A stretch of 64,000 nt of DNA from a virus: positions 1-64,000 of IMG/VR virus record IMGVR_UViG_3300021079_000001, one strand, 5' to 3'. A program made the position numbers and the translations under genes. Shown in pieces: positions 9,421 to 19,663 of this stretch; position 1 is the stretch's first letter; each line of letters begins with the position of its first letter. A model generated the notes under the pieces. It did no database searches. It was not told where the DNA came from and saw nothing but the letters and a program-made list of their open reading frames with translations.

Positions 9421-12090
9421 ATGCCAATCATACGTGATATTGTCGATTATAATGCACCTTATGAAGTTATGCTCAACATATACCCTGATCAATTTATTGA
9501 GGAGGGGTTTCCTGTTAATAAGACAGGTAATGTTGTTGATCAGAATGGAAATGTTCTACCAATGCCTAAACAACATGTGAGTAAAAACACTAAAAAATCA
9601 GAGGGGTGGATGAAGGTGAACATGGACTACTTCTACACAGTAGCATTGTCACAGTACAATAACCAGGTCAGTAAGATAGTACGTAACTATGAATTGATAA
9701 AAGGGCGACTAACCCCTGCAGATTTCTACGCAGAAGGTCCTATTATGTCATTCATGGATGAGCTCATGAAGGATGTCGACCTACCGGCTTATGTGCAACA
9801 CTACCCTATACTCAATCCTCCTATCAACTCTATGGTAGGAGAGAAAAGTAAAAGACCTGATGTATCCAGACCTAAAGCCGTAGATGCTGAATCACAAGGG
9901 GAGGAACAGTCATTTTATACTAAACTGTACCTGCAGTATGTATTCCAGGAAGTGAACCAGCAGGTAATGGCTGATCTGAAGGAAAAGGGACAACAGATAC
10001 CTCCAGAACAGATGCAACAGCAGGTAGAACAGATGACCCAAGAGAAGATGAAAGAGTACATGAGTACCTATTCATCACAAGGTGAGTTATGGGCAGCTAA
10101 CATGATACATGCTCTGAAGGTAGAGTTTAATACCAAAGAGATGTTTGAGAATGGGTTCCGTGACCTACTTATCTGTAATCGGGAGTTCTTTCACAACTAT
10201 GAGACCAAAGACAAGACAGGGTTCAAGGCAGAAAAAGTAAATCCAAAGAATGTATGGTGGCTTACTACACCGGATAAGAAGTACATCAAAGATGCATATG
10301 CTGCAGGTATTATAGAGATCATGGAGCTATCAGAGATTATAGATAAGTATGATCTTACAGAAGATGAGATAGAGCATCTCAGGAAGTATGCTATGATGGC
10401 CTTCTTCCCATACTCCAGACTCAGTAACCTGTATACTAATGATACGGGTATAGAGAGTATAAAATACAATCCCTATGATCAGTTAGTGCTCAATGAAAGG
10501 AACCGTATGGAGGCTGAAATGGGTAATGAAAATCGGCAGGATATCAACGGCTTACTCGGTAATGCTGCACCATCTGTAGGTACATTTGGTAATAGGTTCG
10601 TAGTAACTACATCATACTGGAAAAGCAAAAGGAAAGTGGGGCTGTTAACCTATATTGATAAAGACGGTACAGAGCAGTCTGTCGTGGTAGATGATAATTA
10701 TAAAGACGGTATGCATCCCCAAGAACTGTCAATAGAATGGAAATGGGAAAATCAATGGTATAAGGGTTTAAAGATAGGGGATGACATCTACTATGTTAAC
10801 CCTCTGGAGATTATAGACTACTGTCCTATAGTAGGTGTTATACATGAGATAGAGAACACTATATCAGTATCGTTAGTAGACCTTATGAAACCACTGCAGA
10901 CACTGTATAATGTGTGTGCTAACCAACTCTACAGATTACTAGAGAAGGAGAAAGGTAAAGGGTTCCTAGCATCTCGTAGGCATGTACCATTACAGAAAGG
11001 TGGAGACTATCAGGATAGCCAGCAGATGTGGATGGACCAGTTCATAGAAGAGGGTGTTATATGGGTAGATGATAGCCCAGACAACCTGAAGAAACCCTCA
11101 TCATTCAACAACTGGACTGTAGTGGATATGACACTCTCAGATCAGATGAGAATGCGCATGGAACTGATGGCATGGATCAAGGCAGAATGTTGGGAGCTTA
11201 TAGGGTTAACAAAGCAGAGACTAGGTAATATACAGGCATCAGAAACAGCTACCGGTACTAATACTGCAGTATCACAAAGCTATGCACAAACTGAACCATA
11301 CTTCGTACAACAAGAGTACCTGGAGAATATGGAGCTACAGTGCATACTGGATATAGCACAGTACATAGAGTGTAGAAAACCAGAGAGCACACTCAGTTAC
11401 ATTGATAGTTCAGGTGGTAATGTATTCTGTAAGATACAGACAGCTAGTGCATTGAAGAATCGAGACATCAAGTTGTTTATGAGTAACAGAGCTGAGGATC
11501 AAAGGTTCTACAACAAGGTAGAAGAACTTACACAAGCTGCATTACAGAATGGTGTGTCATTCTATGAAGTAGCCCAAATGCTGGAGACTACATCCATACG
11601 TAAGAAGATGGATATGCTGAAGAAACTCAAGGAGAAGCAGGATAGTATACAGGAGCAGAATATGCAGATGCAGCAACAACAGCAACAAGCTCAACAGCAA
11701 CAGAAAGAGAAAGAACTGGCACAGGAAGAGCAACATCATCAGGATGATATACAGGTGCAGGTGTACAAGATAGATACACAGGCTAATACAGAGTTAGCAG
11801 TAGCTCAAATGAAAGAGCATATACAGATAGCTAAGGACTCACAGAGTACTGATCAACCCGATATGTTGGACATATTGGCTAACCAACAGAAGCAGCAGGA
11901 ATCCATATACAAAAGGGACATAGAGCAGATACGTATGCAGATGGAAAAGAAGAAGATGGAAATGGCTCAGAGTAACCAGGATAACGACTTTCAGAGGAAA
12001 GACAGGAAGTTAGATCTGGAAGAAGATCGTAACCAGATAGAACGTGAAAAGATCAAGGAGCAGAAGAAAAAAGCCAAATCTGCTAAGTGA
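9421..12090 (+). CDS. portal protein
   Basis: Follows terL; 889 aa; 'HYPILNPPINSMVGE', 'SLVDLMKPLQ', 'GLTKQRLG', Q-rich coiled-coil C-terminus typical of crAss portals. Confidence 0.9.
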   Translation: MPIIRDIVDYNAPYEVMLNIYPDQFIEEGFPVNKTGNVVDQNGNVLPMPKQHVSKNTKKSEGWMKVNMDYFYTVALSQYNNQVSKIVRNYELIKGRLTPADFYAEGPIMSFMDELMKDVDLPAYVQHYPILNPPINSMVGEKSKRPDVSRPKAVDAESQGEEQSFYTKLYLQYVFQEVNQQVMADLKEKGQQIPPEQMQQQVEQMTQEKMKEYMSTYSSQGELWAANMIHALKVEFNTKEMFENGFRDLLICNREFFHNYETKDKTGFKAEKVNPKNVWWLTTPDKKYIKDAYAAGIIEIMELSEIIDKYDLTEDEIEHLRKYAMMAFFPYSRLSNLYTNDTGIESIKYNPYDQLVLNERNRMEAEMGNENRQDINGLLGNAAPSVGTFGNRFVVTTSYWKSKRKVGLLTYIDKDGTEQSVVVDDNYKDGMHPQELSIEWKWENQWYKGLKIGDDIYYVNPLEIIDYCPIVGVIHEIENTISVSLVDLMKPLQTLYNVCANQLYRLLEKEKGKGFLASRRHVPLQKGGDYQDSQQMWMDQFIEEGVIWVDDSPDNLKKPSSFNNWTVVDMTLSDQMRMRMELMAWIKAECWELIGLTKQRLGNIQASETATGTNTAVSQSYAQTEPYFVQQEYLENMELQCILDIAQYIECRKPESTLSYIDSSGGNVFCKIQTASALKNRDIKLFMSNRAEDQRFYNKVEELTQAALQNGVSFYEVAQMLETTSIRKKMDMLKKLKEKQDSIQEQNMQMQQQQQQAQQQQKEKELAQEEQHHQDDIQVQVYKIDTQANTELAVAQMKEHIQIAKDSQSTDQPDMLDILANQQKQQESIYKRDIEQIRMQMEKKKMEMAQSNQDNDFQRKDRKLDLEEDRNQIEREKIKEQKKKAKSAK

Positions 12091-12126
12091 GAAATCACAC
12101 ATAATGACCTAAACAGCATTTTATAT

Positions 12127-12169
12127 CTAATCAGATAAGTTAATAATTCAGAAAGACTATTTACTTTTA
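12127..12169 (+). promoter_or_regulatory. putative promoter for the scaffold/capsid genes: degenerate palindrome CTAATCA-GAT-AAGTTAA and TACTTTTA
   Basis: Intergenic; one mismatch to TAnnTTTG; palindrome spacing is 35 bp rather than 58. Confidence 0.45.
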
Positions 12170-12196
12170 CATCACAAGTACTTAATACAACTACAT

Positions 12197-13453
12197 ATGG
12201 CAGACAATTTCTTCGATGATGAAGACATCTTCGCAACTGATACTGATACAGATGTCCAGGAGTTTGAATCCTACATGAACGATGAGCCTGTGTCTAAGAC
12301 ACCTCCTCCCCCTAAAGATGTTAAACCGGCTACAGATGCTGATAAGAAAGCTGATGAGGATAAAATCTCAAACGCTGATAAAAAGGCTGAAGCACAACGG
12401 TTAGCTGAAGAAGCTAAACAAAAAGAGGAAGAGGAAGTCAGAGAGTTCATAGAAGGAGGAGACGATAAGAAAGCTCCAAAGAACAAACCGACAGATGCTC
12501 CGAAAACAGAAGACGGAGAAGACGGAGAAGAAGAAGTGGAAGGTATAGCTCAACTTGCTCAGGACTTATATAAAGTAGGAATATTTAATAAGTATGAGGA
12601 TGATGAAGACCTACCGGAAACTACTGAAGAGTTCATCGAGAAATTTAATGACGAGAAACGGAAAGTAGCCGAGGAATTGGTTTACAACTTTGCCGGAAGA
12701 CATGGTGAAGATTTCCGTGATGCGTTCAATGCCATATTCGTAGATGGGGTAGACCCCAGGGAGTATCTCTCTAAGTATATAGAAGTATCCTCATTTAAGG
12801 AAATGGATATAACAGATGAGGACAACCAGAAGAGGGTGATCCAGACATCACTGAAAAATCAGGGATGGGACGATGGAGACATAAAAGAGGAAATAAAAAA
12901 GCTCGAACTAAATAGTGATCTCGAAACAACAGCAACCAGGTACCACAAGGCACTGGTAAAAACTGAGGAGCAGAAACTCTCCAGGATGCAGGAAGAGACT
13001 AAAGTAAGGAATGAGCAGAAGAAGTTACAGATCCAGCAGGAAGCACAGAACATCCGTAACATAATGACGGAAGCGTTGAAAAAGCAGGAACTGGATGGAG
13101 TACCAGTAACACGGGATGACGTACCTAAGATCATTGACACTGTAGAGAAGAAGACATGGAAGATGCCGGATGGTAGTCTGATAACAGATTATGAGTGTGC
13201 ACTACTGGAACTTAATAGGCCCGGTAACCATACAGAGAAGTTGAAACTGGCAGCACTAATACGGAAAGCAATGGGTGATGACTGGCAACCAGGTAAACCA
13301 CTGAAGCTCGATTTCGGTCCAATAGGAAAGAAGGCAGTATCGAAAGAGAGTAATGAGGTGTTCAACTGGGTAAAAAGTAAAAGCTCTAAGTCAACTATAG
13401 GAAAGAAAGCAACAGCAGGAGAAGATACAGACTTCTGGAAAACGATAGAATAA
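12197..13453 (+). CDS. putative capsid scaffolding protein
   Basis: Acidic low-complexity N-terminus and coiled coils; lies between portal and MCP. Confidence 0.7.
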   Translation: MADNFFDDEDIFATDTDTDVQEFESYMNDEPVSKTPPPPKDVKPATDADKKADEDKISNADKKAEAQRLAEEAKQKEEEEVREFIEGGDDKKAPKNKPTDAPKTEDGEDGEEEVEGIAQLAQDLYKVGIFNKYEDDEDLPETTEEFIEKFNDEKRKVAEELVYNFAGRHGEDFRDAFNAIFVDGVDPREYLSKYIEVSSFKEMDITDEDNQKRVIQTSLKNQGWDDGDIKEEIKKLELNSDLETTATRYHKALVKTEEQKLSRMQEETKVRNEQKKLQIQQEAQNIRNIMTEALKKQELDGVPVTRDDVPKIIDTVEKKTWKMPDGSLITDYECALLELNRPGNHTEKLKLAALIRKAMGDDWQPGKPLKLDFGPIGKKAVSKESNEVFNWVKSKSSKSTIGKKATAGEDTDFWKTIE

Positions 13454-13496
13454 CATAGTACAACACATAATAGTTATAAACTATAAAACATAAGAA

Positions 13497-15056
13497 ATGG
13501 CATTACAACAGATACCTGGCCAAAATTCAGGGTTCATTGCAACCAGATACAGTTCAATGAACAAACGAGCACTCGGTAAGTTCACCGACAGTAATCACAT
13601 TCAGATGTTGCACTCGAAAGAGCCAGCAATGTATGACAAGAAAATTATTAGCCTCTATACTCAGATGTCCTTGTACAGCAATGACTTTCTGCAGATGATA
13701 CAGAAGTCTAAGCCATACTATATAGACCGGGCAACTGACTACTGGCAATGGAAGGTATCTGTACCTTATCAATTTCCTACACTGGTTGAGATACCGGATT
13801 CTACAACAGCCCAGACCAATATTGGTATAGACGGGCATACATTCCAACTTGTATTCGACAAGAAGGAGTTCTTCATTAACGATGTAATAACAGCTAACCG
13901 TATGTACGGCCAGCAGTTCAAGGTGGTAGAAGACCCACTACCTTATGGACGTGCATGGTTGTACACATTCGTACTGATAACTACCAACCCTCTATATACT
14001 ACTGTAGATCCTACATGGATAGTAGAAGGTCGTGAGTTCCAGTTCCTGTATAATGCATCTGGTGAGTTCACCGAGAAGTTCTCCGGCCTGGGTTCACTAG
14101 GTGATGAGATTACTCTGTATCAATCACTTAGTTCTGGTAATGGTGTTGAACACGCTGTAACTGACTGGGCTGATACTAAGGTAGCCAACTGTAAGATGGG
14201 TGCCGATAAGGATGGTAACCCATTGGACCTGATCATGTACTCTAAGGCGGTACGTAATGAAAATGGTGAGAAGAAATATGTAACAGCTTGGGAACCATTT
14301 ATCGAGATGGAACTTCGTAAGAGGATGCTCGAAATGAAGGTGAACAAGATGGTATGGTCACAAGGTGGTACATCACGTGATCGTAATACACAGGAACTGA
14401 TTAAGCACTCAATGGGTGTATATCCACAGATGCGTCAGTTCGGTAACCTGGAGCAGTACAACGATGGTCAGTTCTCTGTTAACATTATACGTAATGTGTT
14501 CGGTGATCTGTTCTATCGTAGGGAGGATATGAAGAACCGTAGGGTGAAGATGTACACCAACGAAGCAGGTATCGAAGTATTCCGTACTGCAGCTAAGGAT
14601 GATCTACTCAAGGCCGGTCTGACTATCATAGCTGATGAGCGTTTCATAGAAGGTCGTGGTCAGAAAATGACTATCAACTGGGCATTTGACTCTATGGTGA
14701 CTATGGATACTGGTCGTATCGAGGTAGTTCACTTGATGGAACTTGATCTGCCGCAGACTAACTCAGAGTTTGGTCGTAACAAAAAGTCTACACCGGTATT
14801 CATGGTGTTCGATGTATCGGCTAAAGAAGGTGGAATGTCATCTGACAATGTACGTGAGGTACGTCCTAAATCAGCACCATCTATGACATGGGGTTATATT
14901 GATGGTACTTACCATCACATGGGTCATGCATCTTCTCAGGGTATGAGTTCTGCCAATATGTTCCCAGGATACAAGATGTGGTTCAAAGACCGGTATGATG
15001 TGTTCATTGAAGATATTACAAGGACAGTGCTGATCGAACAGGTTCCACAGTTCTAA
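13497..15056 (+). CDS. major capsid protein (crAss-like)
   Basis: 519 aa; 'FTDSNH', 'IGIDG', 'KMYTNEAG' motifs; synteny; codon choice (TTC, AAC, CGT) suggests high expression. Confidence 0.9.
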   Translation: MALQQIPGQNSGFIATRYSSMNKRALGKFTDSNHIQMLHSKEPAMYDKKIISLYTQMSLYSNDFLQMIQKSKPYYIDRATDYWQWKVSVPYQFPTLVEIPDSTTAQTNIGIDGHTFQLVFDKKEFFINDVITANRMYGQQFKVVEDPLPYGRAWLYTFVLITTNPLYTTVDPTWIVEGREFQFLYNASGEFTEKFSGLGSLGDEITLYQSLSSGNGVEHAVTDWADTKVANCKMGADKDGNPLDLIMYSKAVRNENGEKKYVTAWEPFIEMELRKRMLEMKVNKMVWSQGGTSRDRNTQELIKHSMGVYPQMRQFGNLEQYNDGQFSVNIIRNVFGDLFYRREDMKNRRVKMYTNEAGIEVFRTAAKDDLLKAGLTIIADERFIEGRGQKMTINWAFDSMVTMDTGRIEVVHLMELDLPQTNSEFGRNKKSTPVFMVFDVSAKEGGMSSDNVREVRPKSAPSMTWGYIDGTYHHMGHASSQGMSSANMFPGYKMWFKDRYDVFIEDITRTVLIEQVPQF

Positions 15057-15070
15057 CGATAAAGGGTAAA

Positions 15071-15096
15071 GGAGGGAGCACCCCAAGTCTCCCTCC
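15071..15096 (+). terminator. GC-rich hairpin after the MCP gene (GGAGGGAG/CTCCCTCC) without a + strand U-tract
   Basis: Perfect 8-bp stem with 10-nt loop; may be a stabilising or processing hairpin rather than a terminator. Confidence 0.5.
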
Positions 15097-15123
15097 ACTA
15101 ATACAACTACATATTGTAACTAT

Positions 15124-16287
15124 ATGGCAAAGATAGCTAGAATCTTACCTCTACCCATTGCACCGAAGCAAGGAGAGAAGTCAATGCAGAATGCACTCGC
15201 AGAAAGAGGGCACATGAGACACCCTGGTACCGGAGCAGGATTTCCACCAATACGAGGAATGAATGGCAAGTACCTTACCGGACTCGATGAGAATGCTGAT
15301 TATATAATGAGGATACCCTCACAGACACTCAGAGAGCAGGAACAGGAAATTGTAAGGGCAAGAAGGGATAGGTTAGAAAAAGCTACCGGGTTATTCTCAG
15401 ATCCTAATAATAGGGAAATGACAGGACTCGGCCCAAGGGCTCCATACTATTCAGGAGTCTTTGACACAGGTAAGATGAATACTCATGAAGTGGCATCCCG
15501 TATTAAACTCATAGATGGAGCGAATGTATTCAATTTCAATTCCCCATTCAAAGAGGTAGAATACTGGTACGCTATCCAGCACACAGGACTCATAGCCTCT
15601 TCTATAGAAGACTGGAAAGCAGGAAGGTGTAAACCGACTGTACAGTTTTACGTAGATAATCCGGAAGCAGAAGCAGATGCTATCTACAACGAGAAGAAGG
15701 CAGCTAACAATGCTGTGATCGAAATGAGTAAGATGTCACTGGAGAAGCGGAAGAAAGTTGCCAAGTTGATCGGCTTACCTGTAGGTGACAATGATAAGGA
15801 GCAGATAGTATATAACCTGCTTGATAACTTTATCAGAAGTGGCCAGATCAACTTCGGAGAGTTTCAGGGACAACGAGCAGTCACTCTGTTTAATAGTATA
15901 GCAGCATTGTCTGCAGATACCTTACACATTAAGACTCTTGTTAAGGAAGCATTGTTACTGAGGGTGTACATACAGAAGTCAGGCTTCATTTATGAAGGTG
16001 AGCAACTGATCTACAATACACAGGACGAGATGATCAGTAAGTTATCACAACCTAATATGGTCATGGAACTGAAAGCATTAGAGATCAAGGTGGCTGATAA
16101 GAGGAAAATGAAGGGTGTTATACAGGGGTATGTTCCACCTGTAGTATCATACGAACCTGAAGTAGTGCCAGTAGTTACAGAAGAAAAGAAAGAAGAGGTA
16201 GCAATACCAGTAAGTCATAAAAAAGCAGAAGCCTTGAAGAAGGCCAGAGATGCTAAAAAGAATAAGAAGGAAACAGTAGTAGAATAG
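15124..16287 (+). CDS. conserved crAss-like protein downstream of MCP
   Basis: ORF track; synteny only. Confidence 0.7.
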   Translation: MAKIARILPLPIAPKQGEKSMQNALAERGHMRHPGTGAGFPPIRGMNGKYLTGLDENADYIMRIPSQTLREQEQEIVRARRDRLEKATGLFSDPNNREMTGLGPRAPYYSGVFDTGKMNTHEVASRIKLIDGANVFNFNSPFKEVEYWYAIQHTGLIASSIEDWKAGRCKPTVQFYVDNPEAEADAIYNEKKAANNAVIEMSKMSLEKRKKVAKLIGLPVGDNDKEQIVYNLLDNFIRSGQINFGEFQGQRAVTLFNSIAALSADTLHIKTLVKEALLLRVYIQKSGFIYEGEQLIYNTQDEMISKLSQPNMVMELKALEIKVADKRKMKGVIQGYVPPVVSYEPEVVPVVTEEKKEEVAIPVSHKKAEALKKARDAKKNKKETVVE

Positions 16288-16295
16288 GTATATGT

Positions 16296-17024
16296 ATGAT
16301 TCCAGTAATAAATCTGTTGAATGACATTGATATGAAGCTCAACAGGAATAGCAACCTGAGAGGCCAGTATATACCTAATGAAACGAAGATTGAAGTTCTT
16401 AATATAACGCAGACCAAGTTGGTACTCAAGAAGTTGGATACTAACAATAACTACCAGTTAGGGTTCGATGCCTTCACTAAGAGATATCAGGATCTACAGA
16501 TTTTGGTAGTACCTAATGAAGAGGTAGGACTCACTAAGGTTTCCGGTGATCTGCTAAATAGTTACAAGGTATCACTATCATCACTACAGAATAAGATGAT
16601 AGTACCGATACAGAGTTACTGTATAGCGAATAAAGGAAACTGTAAACAACAGATACTGGATGTTATTGAGATAGTAAAACATGAGGATATCAGAGTTAAG
16701 TTGACATCTCCTCATTATGAACCAAACTTCCAGTATCAGGAAACTATAGGCTCCATATCCGCTGATACACTGTATGTATATAGTGATGAAGAGGATAGTT
16801 TCACGATAACTAACTTGTTCCTTAGTTACCTGAGATACCCAATACCAATGGATATAGCTGGTTACATACATCTGGACAATACACCTTCTACTACAGTGAA
16901 CTGTGAACTGGAGGCATACCTGGAGAATGAACTGGTTGAACTGGCAGTAGAGGAGTTAGCAGATGCTACAGGTAACCAGGAGCAGTCACAAAGTAGTAGA
17001 ATAAGAACTAAAGAAGCCGAATAA
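16296..17024 (+). CDS. tail ring (tubular) protein
   Basis: 'LSYLRYP...CELEAYLENELVELAV' C-terminal pattern of crAss ring proteins; synteny. Confidence 0.7.
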   Translation: MIPVINLLNDIDMKLNRNSNLRGQYIPNETKIEVLNITQTKLVLKKLDTNNNYQLGFDAFTKRYQDLQILVVPNEEVGLTKVSGDLLNSYKVSLSSLQNKMIVPIQSYCIANKGNCKQQILDVIEIVKHEDIRVKLTSPHYEPNFQYQETIGSISADTLYVYSDEEDSFTITNLFLSYLRYPIPMDIAGYIHLDNTPSTTVNCELEAYLENELVELAVEELADATGNQEQSQSSRIRTKEAE

Positions 17025-17056
17025 CGCATAAATAACAACAACATAAAACCATAGAT

Positions 17057-18208
17057 ATGGATAACAATCTGACCACCTTGTTCATTGTACCTACGAACAA
17101 CACATTACCTACAACAGGTTCTACACAGAATCTGACAACGTATGCCTCTGGAGGTACTACCACAGGACAATTTGGTATATTCCTTCCGGACAATACTCCG
17201 GCCACAGTAGCTAATGTGGGTAATGCTAAGTACATCTACCTGTGTCAGGCACGTAACATATATTCACCTGATGAAGGTACACGTAGGAGTGATGATATAT
17301 ATCCACGTAATGTACTGGAGTGGTATAAGGTTCCTGGCAGTCTGGAAGCTAATGTGCAGATTACTCAGATATCTGGTCTTAATGTAGGATGTAACCAGAA
17401 TGTATCAATAACTCTCCGTCTGGATAGTGTCTACATCAGAGCAGCAAATGCCAATAGTCTGACACGTTCTGTACTGGTAACAACACCATGTTGTAACTGT
17501 GGTAGTAACCCTTGTGATGATATCTCAGGAGCAGCATACCAGGCAGTAATGCAACAGTTGGCTCAGAATATCAATGATGATGTAATACTCTCTCAGTACG
17601 TAACTGCGGGCACTGATGGTACTGGTAGCTCTACAGTGATATTGATCGTTGGTAATACACTACAGGTTTATGGGCAGGGTACATCGGTTGACCTTACCAA
17701 CTTCCCTTACCAGTTTGATCGTATGTTCTTCTGGACATATGTTCGTAGTGGTCCGGAACTGACTACAGACTATGAAGTTGATGATGCCTGTAATGTAGTA
17801 GCAACTACCAACATTATCCAGAGGGCTTCATATCCTATCAATACACCAGCAGAGATCAGGCAGTTGGAATTTGACTTCTTCAGCTATCAGTCTGAATACA
17901 AGCACATATTCAGCAATGTGAACTTCAATGGTGAGTACATGACTTACATTGACAGTGCACTGGCTTATGATCTGTACTATATCAAGTTCCTGCAACCACA
18001 ATGGAATGGTGCTGATATAGGAGTAATGAGGAACGATGAGACTGTATGTATGGCTATACCTGCAGGGGATGCATCAGAAGCTGCTACAGTAGCAATACTA
18101 TCAGCATTCCTTGGTACAGCGGATAATGAAGTGGCTACACCAACAACATCTAGCTCATTCACTACCAGCTCGACTACTACTACAACAACTACAGAGGTTA
18201 CACCATAA
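17057..18208 (+). CDS. auxiliary capsid or structural protein with a poly-Thr C-terminal tail
   Basis: Synteny after the ring protein; followed by a terminator; C-terminus TPTTSSSFTTSSTTTTTTTEVTP. Confidence 0.65.
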   Translation: MDNNLTTLFIVPTNNTLPTTGSTQNLTTYASGGTTTGQFGIFLPDNTPATVANVGNAKYIYLCQARNIYSPDEGTRRSDDIYPRNVLEWYKVPGSLEANVQITQISGLNVGCNQNVSITLRLDSVYIRAANANSLTRSVLVTTPCCNCGSNPCDDISGAAYQAVMQQLAQNINDDVILSQYVTAGTDGTGSSTVILIVGNTLQVYGQGTSVDLTNFPYQFDRMFFWTYVRSGPELTTDYEVDDACNVVATTNIIQRASYPINTPAEIRQLEFDFFSYQSEYKHIFSNVNFNGEYMTYIDSALAYDLYYIKFLQPQWNGADIGVMRNDETVCMAIPAGDASEAATVAILSAFLGTADNEVATPTTSSSFTTSSTTTTTTTEVTP

Positions 18209-18239
18209 TAACCAATGTAACTACAGAATAACCCAAGAG

Positions 18240-18269
18240 GGGAGATGGGATAGCCTCATCTCCCTTTTT
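18240..18269 (+). terminator. Rho-independent terminator
   Basis: GGGAGATG-(9 nt)-CATCTCCC followed by TTTTT. Confidence 0.85.
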
Positions 18270-18286
18270 ACATTATAAACTACAAT

Positions 18287-18892
18287 ATGGATACATCGAA
18301 GTTAATTGGAGTAATACCAAATAATGTAATAGCACAGTTAAATGCTGCTATACTACAGTATCCCGAGATTAACTCAAAGTGTAGAGTAGCTCATCTATTG
18401 GGTCAATGCAAGGAAGAGTCAGGAGATTATGCACATACACATGAGAACTTGAACTATACTGGTAAAGCTCTTTGGTTATTGTTCCATAAGCATTTTACAG
18501 ATCAGGATGAGGCTAATACCTATGCCAGACAACCAGAACGAATAGCTAACAGGATATATGCTGATCGTATGGGTAATGGTGATGAAGCTAGTGGGGAGGG
18601 ATGGGACTACAGAGGACGTGGGTATCTACAAATTACAGGTAAGAGTAATTACCAGGCATTAGGAAATGCTATTGGGGTTGATCTGGTATCTAACCCTGAT
18701 CTGGTGGAATCCGATTACCCTATGACATCTGCTGCATGGTTCTTTACAGCTAATAACATATGGGCGATGTGTGACAAGGGTACGAGTGTTGCTACTGTCA
18801 CTATAGTTACACGTCATGTAAATGGAGGAACACTAGGACTCAATGAACGTATTCAGCATACTACTACAATATATAACGCATTAATTAAGTAA
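18287..18892 (+). CDS. endolysin, glycoside hydrolase family 19
   Basis: 'AHLLGQCKEES', 'ENLNY', 'YRGRGYLQITGKSNY', 'SAAWFF', 'VNGGTLGLNER'. Confidence 0.92.
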   Translation: MDTSKLIGVIPNNVIAQLNAAILQYPEINSKCRVAHLLGQCKEESGDYAHTHENLNYTGKALWLLFHKHFTDQDEANTYARQPERIANRIYADRMGNGDEASGEGWDYRGRGYLQITGKSNYQALGNAIGVDLVSNPDLVESDYPMTSAAWFFTANNIWAMCDKGTSVATVTIVTRHVNGGTLGLNERIQHTTTIYNALIK

Positions 18893-18894
18893 CA

Positions 18895-19509
18895 ATGGCT
18901 GTATCAGTTACCTTACCGATCCTCACTTTAGCATTAATTGATCTGAGAACCAGTTCAGTTATTGCTATCAGTGACCTATCTGTATATGGAGTAGTACCCA
19001 GTACATCTGATGTGGCATTGCAGATTACACCACCAGGTGGGGCTACTGTTAATGTACCGTTCATTCCCGGTAATGTTAATGTATATAAGTGCGTTGACCT
19101 CGGTATAACATGCGGAGATACTGAATGTACACCATTACCAGATGGTATATACGCAGTTAGTTATAGTGTAGCTATACTAGCACCTACCCCAGTAATACCC
19201 GGAGTAAGTACTCGTAATGGTATTAACCAAAAGTTCATCAAAATAGATCGCATAAAATGTAAGTACCAACACGCATTCCTGAAGATAGACCTCGAATGTG
19301 TATGCCATGACCATAGCTGGCAGACTTATATGGGACAGTTGAGAATGATCAAGTTGTATATAGATGGCTCAGTAGCAGCTTGTAATGCAACTAACTACGC
19401 ACTCAGTCAGCAGCTATATGCTAAAGCAGACCAGATGCTGGATAAGATAGGAAAGAAGTTACCAGGTCATCAGTGGCCTAATAAACCACTGGGATGTAAT
19501 ATATGTTAA
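18895..19509 (+). CDS. structural protein (tail hub-like)
   Basis: 'LPDGIYAVSYSV' Ig-like strand with Cys-containing helical C-terminus; synteny. Confidence 0.6.
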   Translation: MAVSVTLPILTLALIDLRTSSVIAISDLSVYGVVPSTSDVALQITPPGGATVNVPFIPGNVNVYKCVDLGITCGDTECTPLPDGIYAVSYSVAILAPTPVIPGVSTRNGINQKFIKIDRIKCKYQHAFLKIDLECVCHDHSWQTYMGQLRMIKLYIDGSVAACNATNYALSQQLYAKADQMLDKIGKKLPGHQWPNKPLGCNIC

Positions 19510-19510
19510 T

Positions 19511-19663
19511 ATGGGGTGCGGAATAACAAAATGCTCAGACTGCCCAGTAACTATACCAAAGTGCCAACTCACTAATGGTAGATGCCCAGGGTGTAACAAG
19601 AAGTATAACGACAGTAAACGACCAGTAGTATATGTACCTCATCAACCCCATAATCACCGATAA
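19511..19663 (+). CDS. 50-aa Zn-finger protein; not in ORF track
   Basis: MGCGITKCSDCPVTIPKCQLTNGRCPGCNKKYNDSKRPVVYVPHQPHNHR*; two CxxC pairs; start directly after the previous stop. Confidence 0.7.
   Translation: MGCGITKCSDCPVTIPKCQLTNGRCPGCNKKYNDSKRPVVYVPHQPHNHR

Noticed and set aside
11640-11745. CAG/CAA run in the portal gene as a contingency repeat
   Set aside because: Mixed codons encoding a Q-rich coiled coil, common in portal C-termini.
7336-15056. Introns or inteins in terminase, portal or MCP
   Set aside because: ORFs are continuous, of ordinary length, with no intein or endonuclease motifs seen.
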